From NCBI GenBank assembly GCA_951406725.2, contig OX597822.1, positions 115,444,001 to 115,508,000 on the forward strand: a DNA stretch of 64,000 bases. Direction: 5' to 3'. A program made the position numbers and the translations under genes. Positions 53,934 to 64,000 of the stretch are shown in pieces; the first letter of the stretch is position 1, and each line of letters opens with the position of its first letter. The DNA is from Octopus vulgaris. Its lineage: Eukaryota. Below the pieces are notes generated by a model that saw nothing but the letters and a program-made list of their open reading frames with translations, did no database searches and was not told where the DNA came from.

Positions 53934-54661
53934 GTCTGTGTATGTGTGTGTGTTTATGTGTATATGTATGAATACACAATACAATCATACAAATCCAACA
54001 CACGTATGCACACACTCACACACACACACACATTTATGCTTCCGTTTACAGTCGAAAAGAAAGAACTCAGTACGTTGTGCAAAGCATAATTTTGTTATTT
54101 ATATTTAGATTTTTATATATTTTATTTTATATTTCATTTATATCTTAATTTATATTTTATTTTATGCATTTATTTATTCTTATAAACCAGGACCCATTAT
54201 ATGATTGATTCAGCCGCCTGGAGGTTGATGCTTTCAGGCAAACATCGACACTACACAATATTCTGCTGATTCAGTCTTTCTCAAGAAACGGTAACTTATA
54301 CAAGACATTCTATAATACGATGAGCAGTCTTTGCAATTATCGTCTACGAGATTCTTGTGAAAGTCTTTTATATTTCCTTGTTGAAACCAGCTTCATCTTA
54401 TATAAATTATAAGTACAATTAAAATTTGAATATATATACATTAGGAATGTATACAAGATGAACGTCCCAAACTTCGAAGTCACTGTCGACATTAGCCTTG
54501 TTTAAAAATAATAAATTTCTTCTCTATAATAATATAGAGTTATCCATCAGATTAATACAACATTGTCTTTGTTAAAACTAAACAATAAAACAAACGTGTG
54601 TGTGTGTGTGTTTATAATCGTGTATTTAGAGTAAAAGTATATTTTAAGAACTTGTGTAAGG

Positions 54662-54729
<68 letters not shown>

Positions 54730-54940
54730 GAACCATGGTTCGAAGTTTTAGTGACATAGTATAGAAAATTCTTCTATATATAACAGGGGAAGTCACGAAG
54801 TATATTCTTTGACTTCCTTAGTCACACGAATAAGCACGAATGTTCTCGACGTTCACATTAACAAGCATTCATTCATTGTGTGTGCGTGCATGTTTGTGTA
54901 TGTAACTACATATACATACGTACATACATACATACATACA

Positions 54941-55004
<64 letters not shown>

Positions 55005-55026
55005 TGTGTGTGTGTGTGTATGTACG

Positions 55027-55057
<31 letters not shown>

Positions 55058-55059
55058 GT

Positions 55060-56600
55060 ATACTCGATATGCCTCACCCACCTCCAAGAAAAAATTATAT
55101 ACACATCGAACCATTTTAAAGTAAGCATTTATTAAAATTCATTTTATTTTCAAAATTTAATAGAATCTAAAGATACATTTCTTTTCTTTTTTTATGAGTT
55201 CCAGTTTTGAAACTGATTACTCTTCTGGTCCAAAAACTGTAATGGAATTTCAAGCATCAAGAACCATTTCCTTCGGTATTTGTTCGCATTTTCGTTCAAA
55301 AGTTTCCCTTAATTCGTCGACGGATTTGTACCGTAGATTACATATTTTTTTTTATAGCCATAAAATGTGTTTACTGCTGTGAGGTCCGGTAAATACAGAA
55401 GGTGTTTTACGGAACATCTTCAACTGGACCACTTGTTTGACACTATTTCATCAACGAAGATCCCTATGTTGGAATGAGTGCGTGCCCCTAGCTTGCTGGA
55501 AATAAAGCATTTTCAAATACACATCTTCAAAGTCTTCTTGTGTATAGCAAGTTCAAGAAATGGTACGAGTCGCAATGTCACCAAAAGGAATGGCTCGATT
55601 GAATCTTTTTTCATGAGCGACGCCATGTTATAATTCATGGCAAAGACACATGAATTTCCCATGTAATATACGATTTTTTAGGTTCCCAGTAGGTACAGCT
55701 GTGGTGGTTAACTGGACTGCATCGCTTTAAATAATCTTTGTTGGAAAGTGTGCAAAAGAATAAAAGAATGTTCACATCTGGCTAAGGACCTCTCACAAAA
55801 CTCCACTCTTTGATTTGGATCATATCCATTGAAATCATAGACTATTCTGGGAATGTAATCTTTCCTAAGACAATGAATTTCCTGTCCATAACACGCTTGC
55901 CACACAGATATTTTGAACACTGACAATACGTTTCTAGAATTGGAAAGGGGCGCATAGCTTAGTGGTTAGGGTGCTTATCCTTGTGTCCTCTCTTTGTTTT
56001 CTATTACCATTCTATACTTGTATAACATTGTGTTCTGGGCCATGCGTATACTGAGTTCTACACCACGTTATTAATCTCATATTAAAATCGTGATCTTAAG
56101 ATTGCGGTTTCGATTCTTGGACCGAGTGAGGCATTGCATTCTTGAGCAAAACACTTCATTTCACGTTACCCCAGTCCACTCGGGGAAAATGAGTAATCCT
56201 GCGACGGAACGGCGTCCTATCCAGGTGGGGAATTTATACACCATGAAACAGGGAAACCAGGAAACCAGCCCTTTATGAGTTGGCACGACACGAGAAGAAA
56301 GGGTTTTTTAAGAAACTCGTTCATGGGCGCGAACTTCTGGAATGTTTCTTGTAAATATTGTTTCACCTGCTGCAAACTCTTTTAATTCGATTGAAGGTAA
56401 GTCGCGGAGGAGGATCCTTTTGGGGAAAATTGTCCTAAACTATTTGCATTTGCCTTCGACTGCATTTCAGACTTCAAATAGCACATTAGGTTGCGCTTCC
56501 TTTGTTCAAAAGTTCAGTCTGACTTCACTTTTTCTAATAAGTTTAATCTAAAATAAAATGAAAATAAGTTATTTATACATTTTGGGGACGCACTCAGCAT
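55060..56600 (-). mobile_element. Decayed Tc1-like transposon with nested SINE (about 55946-56300)
   Basis: Minus-strand remnants DPNQRVEFCE, a QDGAPPH-like gggcacgcactcat segment and an SPDLTPLDF-like ccggacctcacagcagta segment. Heavily frameshifted. Confidence 0.55.
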
Positions 56601-57220
56601 ATATGTGTGTGTGTGTGTTTGTGTTTGTGTTTGTATTCTTTTAGATTGTAGCCAAGTTGGGGTACCACTTTGAAAGGTTTTAGTCGAACAAATCTACACC
56701 AGGACTTATCTATCTGTTTCTTTCATCGAACAGCTAGGTTACGAGGACGTAAACGCACCACCACCGGTTGTCAAGCGGTGATGAGGGAACACACATAGAC
56801 ACGAATACACTCACAAGGTTTGGGTCAGCCCAACACATGTATGAATGTTTGTAAGTATGTATGTATGTATGTATGTAAAGTATGTATGTATATGTGTGGG
56901 TATAGGGTTGGCTTGGGGTGGGGTTGGCTTGGGGTGGGGTTGACAGGCGAAGTGAAAGTGATTGTGAAGGAGCAATATAACAATGCACGATTGTTGTATT
57001 TCATCAGAAAAGGATTTGAATGCGTCATTTGTGGTGCAGTCTATGTTAAGTAGCACGTGAGTACTATAGAGGTAGAGTTACTCAATCAACATGTGAAATT
57101 TGAACCACCGATGTCTATTGCAAAAACTTGTGCCTCCTTCAACTGCATATGAATGTGTGTGTGTATGTGTAAATATTTTATAATTATATACATAGTTATA
57201 ACAAGAAATAGACGCTTCTT

Positions 57221-57674
57221 GTTTTACTGCCTTAAAATCTCCGAGAATAACACACTTTATTGTGGGTAAGCAAAAGAAAAATAATGAATGAATAAAGCCG
57301 GTCAAATATGGACGCGTTTCGAACTTAAAGTAAAAAATAATTTTACTTACTGTTACTCTTCAGCATAATATTTCGTATAAGTTCACGAGTGTTTCAAAAT
57401 ATGCACGCAATCAGCACCATCGTGTATCCAATATCTATCCACACTCGTAAAAATATACTGCCGAGTATAATTCATATCTTTCTTTTATACCCACGTGTGT
57501 GTTAAGATCTAGACCGCAGTAAATGCAGTTTCGATCATGGAGTGAATATATTCAAATATTATTTTAAGTATAAAAGGTAAAATCAATAAAATTTACGGCC
57601 TTATTGATTCATTATTTTTCTGTTGCTTGTCTGCAATAAAGAGTGTTATTCTCGGGGATTTTAAGGCAATAAAA
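57221..57674. repeat. Inverted repeats of about 85 bp enclosing about 285 bp (MITE-like)
   Basis: ttttactgccttaaaatctccgagaataacacactttattg..aaaaataatgaat inverted with attcattattttt..caataaagagtgttattctcggggattttaaggcaataaaa. Confidence 0.85.
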
Positions 57675-57896
57675 AAACTTTAGCGTCTATTTCTTACGGT
57701 GCGTGGTGAGGCATAAAGCGGACCCCTTGTTATAATTATGTATATAATAATAAAATATTTTGGGATTTTGCAGAGGCTCAAAATTGGTAACACAAACAGG
57801 ACATATATGTATAATACTTTTTCCTACCTTGTGATAGAACCTTCCATGGCCATCAACATAAACTTTCTCACTCATAACGCTTGTACGTTCTGAAAA

Positions 57897-58243
57897 TATA
57901 TCTTTCCCAAATAAAGCTTACTTCATATTCAAGGCTCTGAAGAAGCTATATGATGTTATCCTGGTACTGAACTAAGAGTCCACCACATCTTATAGAAGAA
58001 ACAACAATAAGCCAATGAAGCTCATTACATAACATTTGGTTTATTCCTCGTGTCCTCTCTTTGTTTTCTATTACCATTCTATCCATCTATCTATCTGGCT
58101 ATGTGGTAAGAAGTTTGCTTTGAAACCACATAGTCTGGGTTCAGTTCCACTACGTGGCACCTTGAGCAAGTGTCTTCGATAGCCTCGGGCCGACCATATC
58201 TTTGTGAGTTGATTTGGTAGACGGAAACTAAAAGAAGCACGTC

Positions 58244-58280
<37 letters not shown>

Positions 58281-58397
58281 TATATAAATATATATAAATA
58301 TATAAGAAGCACGCCGTATATATAAATACCAGGATGACATCATATAGCTTGTTCAGAGCCTTGAATATGAAGTTAGCTTTTTTTGGGAAAGATATAG
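57897..58397. repeat. Inverted repeats of about 70 bp enclosing a family A SINE
   Basis: tatatctttcccaaataaagcttacttcatattcaaggctctgaagaagctatatgatgttatcctggta inverted with taccaggatgacatcatatagcttgttcagagccttgaatatgaag..gggaaagatata. Confidence 0.85.
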
Positions 58398-58964
58398 CTT
58401 AGCGGTTCGATAAAAGAGGGTCAGAGCCCAAGTGCCATGCCAAGCTAAAACAAATGTATGTGCCAGGACGGCGATCCAGTATGAATGCAGGTCAATAACT
58501 GAAGCAAGTAAAAGGTATGTGTGAGTATTTGTGTGTGTGTGTGTTTGCATGACAGTGTGTGTGTGCGTGCGCGTAATACCTCTTTAAGCCGGAGGTTAGA
58601 AGAATAAGCCGTCCTGCTAGCGCTAAGTGACTGCGAAATTATGCTGTTGAAATGAAACTGTACAGATTAATTAGCAAAAGATTGAAGACAGTTTTGCATT
58701 ATCTAATTTCAGAATAAGCAAAAAGACAATTAAAAATGTAAATGAAGTAGCGGTAGGCGCTATGATGTGTAATCGATAACGTTGTTGCTAGGTAAAGGAG
58801 CAGGTACGTGGATCAAATCCCATTAGCAAATCTCAGTTTCTTTGGTTTTGTTTTGTTTCTTCCTTCTGTTTCACTTTGCTGCTAATTATAACAATATGTC
58901 ACATTGAAACAAACGGTTCTTTGTACATATTTGTGTGTCTATTTTTTATGGCTGTGTGAACGTT

Positions 58965-59008
<44 letters not shown>

Positions 59009-59749
59009 TGAGAAAGTTGGTGTGTGTGTATATATATATGTGCGTGTGTGTGCGTGTGTGTGTGTGTGCGCGCGTATGTGTGTATTTACTTATTTATCTG
59101 TTTATGTCTCGGTGATGTATGTATTTTGTGTTTATATCTGTGTATGTAATGTGGATATGTTTATATTTGTATCTAAGTATGTGTATATATGAAAATATAC
59201 GGTGTGTATATACGGCGTGTATTTATGTTTGTGTGTATGTATATGCAGATTCGTGTTTATGTTTGTGTATATATGTATGCTTATGTGAACGTGCGTATGT
59301 TCGTATGTATGCGTATGCATATAGGTGGATGCATATATTATCAGATGTCACTTTTGGCTTGGCTGTTGAAATGTACATTAATTTATGTAGTTGTTTCTAT
59401 CCGGTAACCAGTGACACCAGTCGAACACACCTATCAACAACTAGTTCATATGTCATCTTAACCTGCGTGACAAGTGGCTCGCATGAAATTCTTTACACAC
59501 TTCTGGTTTTGTGTATCCTATTTTATTCCGGAATCTTCGAATACCATATAAGGAGAGAACAAAATACATGAATATATAAAGAGTGAATATATTCAACGTG
59601 TCTTATTATAAAGCTGTGAACGTCCGTGAAAGGGAAGTGTGAATGACGTATGTATAACTAAGACAATTGCCAACTAAAATCGGTGAAGTGTTCGGCTTAG
59701 AATAGGAAACTGGAACTTGAACCCGAATCGAAAAGTTTCTAATATTTGA

Positions 59750-61125
59750 GCTGGTAGAATCGTTAGTACACCAAGCAAAATGCTTGACGGCATTTCGAGT
59801 GTCCTTATGTTCTGAGTTCAAATTCTGCCTTTCATTCTTTCGGGGTCAATAAATTAGATAGCAGTTGACCGTTGGGACCAACGTAATCGACTTAACCCCT
59901 ACCCGAAATTGCTGGCCTTGTACCAAAATTTGAAACTAGTATTATCTATTTATTTTTTTATTTTAGTCGGGAAGGAAACTTCTTTGAAACTTCTTTACTC
60001 GGCGCGGTAACGATTCTGCCAGCCCGATGCCGTGACGAGAACCTAACAATAAAAAATACGTTCGGAATTTTTATTCTTCTGCCAAAAATAGACGCAGATA
60101 CCATTTATAATTTAATTCCAGGAATGCTTCCCTTGCCTCTCTTTACCAAAATTAACTGAACTCATTTCTATTCTCAATATTGGTTTCAAATTTTGGCACA
60201 AGGCCAGCAAGTTCGGGGAAGAAAGTAATTCGATCACATCGATCTCAATGCTCTGCTGATACTTATTTTATCGACCCCGAAAGAATGAAAAATAAATCAT
60301 CTAAGTATAATTTGAACTCAAAAGGGAAAGTCAGAAGTTTCTCTCAGCCGTTTGTCCGGCGGACGAAATACCTATTTCTTTACTACCCACAAGGGGCTAA
60401 ACACAGAGAGGACAAATAAGGACAGATAAACAGATTAAGCCGATTATATCGACCCCAGTGTGTAACTGGCACTTATTTAATCGACCCCGAAAGGATGAAA
60501 GGCAAAGTCGACCTCGGTGGAATTTGAACTCAGAACGTAGCGGCAGACGAAATACCGCTAAGCATTTTACCCGACGCGCTAACGATGCAGCCAGATCCCT
60601 GCCTTCGTGATGTCTAATAACAAAAGACACGTTCGGAGTTATCATTCTACTGCAAAAGATATGCACATATCTTGATCGAAATGAATTAATCTCATTTCTA
60701 TCCTCAGTATCAACGGGTGAAATGTTGAACAGCATTTCGTCCGTCTTTACTTTCTGAGTTCAAATTCCGCCGAGGTCCAGTTTGTCTTTCATACTCTCGG
60801 AGTCTATAAAATAAGAACCAGTCGAGTCCGGGGGTTGATGGAATCGACTTACCCCACCCCCTAAATCGTTGACCTTGCGCTAAAGTTTGAAAACAATATT
60901 AATGAGTGAAATTAAAGTAACGAGCTGGCAGAACCGGTGGTGCGTCGGACAAAATGCTTAGCGGCATTTCGTCCAGCTTTATGCTCTGAGTTCGAATTCC
61001 ACAGAGGTCCATTTTGCTTTTCATCCTTTCGAGGTCGCTAAAATAAGTACCAGTTGAGCCCTGAGGCCGATGTAATTGACTTACCTCCTCCATTAAAACT
61101 ACTGGCCTTGTGCCAGAATTTGAAA
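59750..61125. mobile_element. Cluster of at least five family B SINE copies in both orientations
   Basis: Repeated gagctggcagaa..ttctgagttcaaattc..ctttcatcctttcggggtcgat..ggccttgtgccaaaatttgaaa at 59750(+), 60180 and 60370(-), 60730(+) and 60920(+). Confidence 0.85.
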
Positions 61126-62062
61126 TCAGATATTAATGGGTGGAATTTATATCGGTTTAAAATTCTTGCCAAGTGCATTAAGCGTGTTGTGGTAACAGCC
61201 ACTTTACTATTTGTTTTACACACAGCGAGTGTCCATGGGATTTTCGAACCTCACCTCCTAACATCGTTATTATATGATATCAGTATCATATGATATCAAT
61301 GTAATGTAGTTAATAATAAATCATTTCTTTCAAGTTGAGTTGTTCCTATTTATTCTAAAATTCTTTCTAACGATATAAGGATGATTATAAGAATTTCAGT
61401 TCTTATATTTGTCCTTTATTTCCAATACTTACCAAAGATCAAGTTCAATCTCTCATTATACGCTCTGCACCACTTATTTTTTTAATCAACAAATTTACTC
61501 TTAAAATGTTCTGGCAGGTTCGAACGCAAATATACTACTCGCTGTTGTGTTCGTCACAGGAGAACAATTTCTTGTTGACAACGATTATGTGTTCATTATA
61601 CACTCGAACCATTAATACAAGGGATTCTCTGGAACACTGGAGTTTCGACATGTGTCTTGTCACCCAGAAATAACCGGATTAATGTATCTAATCCAGAGCC
61701 TATCGTATTGTCTATAATTTCAACAAACAAACTATTCGCTGATCAGTGCTGATATCTACCAGCTGTTAATAAATCGTTGTATTCCCGTTGAATAGATCCA
61801 AAATGATGCCTTGCTTATTTATTCTTGATACATTTAGGCAGATTCGAACATGAATATGCTAACCGCTGCTGTGTTCGTCAAAGAACAGATTCTCCTTTAG
61901 GGAAAAGAGGTCATCTGTCTTCTCATGTAGCATGTACAGGCCTCTCTCTCCCTCTCCTACTCTTTCTCTATCCCTCTCTCTTTATTTCTCTTTTTCGCTT
62001 TTTCTCCCTTTTCTCTCTCACACACACTTTTTTATTCCTCTCTTTCTTCAACTCTCAATTTT

Positions 62063-62105
<43 letters not shown>

Positions 62106-62967
62106 ATTTTCTCGTATTCATTTCTTTCTGGCATTCAAATATACCTCAGTCTCATCTAAGACATATTTTCTGCGAAAAGAAAAGAAGAAATTCATTCCAT
62201 TTCTCCAACAACATCCCTCTTCAAACTTATCTACCGAATTGACATCCCTCTACTTTCGTATGAGCTCGTAAATATCGCCGTGGCGAGCACAAACATTAAA
62301 GTTAACTACGCTCCTCCTCTTCATAGGTGGCAGACTCCTGGCGATGAGGACGTCGAGCATTAAAACGAGGTGGACATATTGTCATGTTTAATAAAATCAA
62401 GATGGTTTCCATCGTTTGAAATTTGCCCAACACTCTAACAAATTACAAAACAAGAAATATCTTGACGCAAACTTGATTTTGTCATCTCATTAATAAAGAG
62501 GTAGTGGTGCTAAAAACTTCACTATTATTTGGTGTGAGATTTAGGGACAGGTATTTGTGAGTTTGAAAACAGCTGAATTACACAGTTCTTATTTATGATT
62601 TTAATGGAACCGAATAATTCCAGTCAGTTGCGCCGAATAGATGTCTGGCCGAAAGGAAATGCGTTGAGTTAAATATTACATCGATGTGTGGACTGCCGGT
62701 ATTTAGGGGCCAGGATATAATGTTAAGATTTAAGACCTAATCCGTATGGCCCCCTCCCCATTTTAAAGGCTGCGTGGAAGTTATTGAGGGAGCTATGGAA
62801 GTTAAATTGACAAGGTAAAACATTTACAAACTCTATCTCTCCCTCCCTATACATAGTTTAGAGTCCCGTTAAGGTAAGAGCTAAACAAAATAAAGTACGA
62901 CACCGAGTGAGAAATAAATGTTCAATGTACATAAAATTACATATATATATATATATATATATATATA

Positions 62968-63357
62968 CTAGCAGTATCGCCCGGCGTTGCTCGGGTTTGT
63001 AAGGGAAATAACTATATAAGCATTTTTAGAGATGTAAAGTATAATAGCCATCTCAATATGGCTAACCACAAAGGAGGGGTGTTACTGTAGCTTTTTTCGT
63101 TCTGAGATTTAATAAAAAATATTTAGAGAGTTACTTCCCTTATATATGCCAAAAATGCATTAAAATGGGAAAAATTGATGGTAAATTTTTTTAAATCGTA
63201 GACTCATCGTAGACGCGCGCTAATACCCAGAAGGGCTCGATATGAATTACGACTATAAGATACCCGGTTTTGGTTAAACTGCACCGCAAAATGTGGAACT
63301 AGTTAGGAATCTAAATCGCAGGAGACAGACAGCACACAACCTCATTTTTATATATAA

Positions 63358-63360
<3 letters not shown>
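62968..63360 (-). mobile_element. Complete non-autonomous Helitron
   Basis: Minus strand begins A|TCTTTATATATAAAA and ends cccgagcaacgccggg hairpin + cgatactgCTAG|T. No TSD, inserted in (TA)n. Confidence 0.85.
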
Positions 63361-63400
<40 letters not shown>

Positions 63401-63401
<1 letters not shown>

Positions 63402-63571
63402 CAAAGTGATGTTGCAAGGTACCGCACGAGTGGAAATATATATGAAAGAAGGTTTGAAAATACAATTTTAAAGGTGTTTATTCACTTGACCGGTTTCTCT
63501 TTTTTCTTTTTCTAAAAAAGTGAAACCGGTCAAGTGAATAAACATCTTTAAAATTGTATTTTCAAGCCTTC

Positions 63572-63580
<9 letters not shown>
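63401..63580. mobile_element. Palindromic TA-flanked element, same family as 1-48 and 770-860
   Basis: Arms atatgaaagaagg..ttcacttgaccggtttc and gaaaccggtcaagtgaa..ccttctttcatat; shares taaacatcttt.aaattg.attttcaa.ccttctttc with 779-814. Confidence 0.85.
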
Positions 63581-63661
<81 letters not shown>

Positions 63662-63663
<2 letters not shown>

Positions 63664-64000
63664 GTCATCCCATAGATAATGCGGTTTTTCAATTGCATGA
63701 ACTAAAAGTCGGAGGGGGACGGGATATACTGCCTGTATCAACTTGCTGTAAAAGTATGTAGTAAGTTTACCTTGTACTTATCTTTAGTGAAAGTTTTGAA
63801 GAGTGCAGTTCGATTTTAACAGTTATTTTTGCAAAGCTATAAGTGAAGTGACAAAGGAGCACACTCGGTATATTTTACTTTATGAGTTCAATAAAGGCAA
63901 CAACGCGAGGAATATTAATGCAGTTTAAGAGGATCGGACAATAAGCGTAAACCAATGTCAACGGTGATTCCAGAAATTCCGAGCCGGAAACTACAGCCTA
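63662..64000 (+). mobile_element. 5' end of a decayed mariner element, running off the window
   Basis: EVTKEHTRYILLYEFNKGNNA..NINAV..DRTISVNQCQR*FQKFRAGNYSL (mariner HTH). Confidence 0.85.

Overview
AT-rich, microsatellite-saturated eukaryotic DNA with no recognisable host protein-coding exon. The SINE families, (TA)n/(CATA)n/(GATA)n load and transposon set look like an octopus/cephalopod intron or intergenic region (inference, not database-checked). Nearly all long ORFs in the track are translations of simple repeats. The interpretable content is mobile DNA: DD37D maT, mariner, Tc1-like and Tigger-like elements, MITEs, RTE, CR1 and R4/Dong-like LINE remnants, a decayed Helitron RepHel plus non-autonomous Helitrons, several tRNA-derived SINEs, and three Penelope-like (GIY-YIG/RT) remnants. 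The most notable signal is a set of short fold-back, Penelope pLTR-like elements lying in or beside (TA)n tracts that carry type I hammerhead ribozyme motifs. Their cores show three identities at the 3-8 tertiary pair: C3-G8 (7304, 7714, 12056), G3-C8 (13549 and 24494, identical over 47 nt) and U3-A8 (53264, weaker at 14960). All folds and translations were done by eye; boundaries are approximate unless TSDs or TIRs are quoted.
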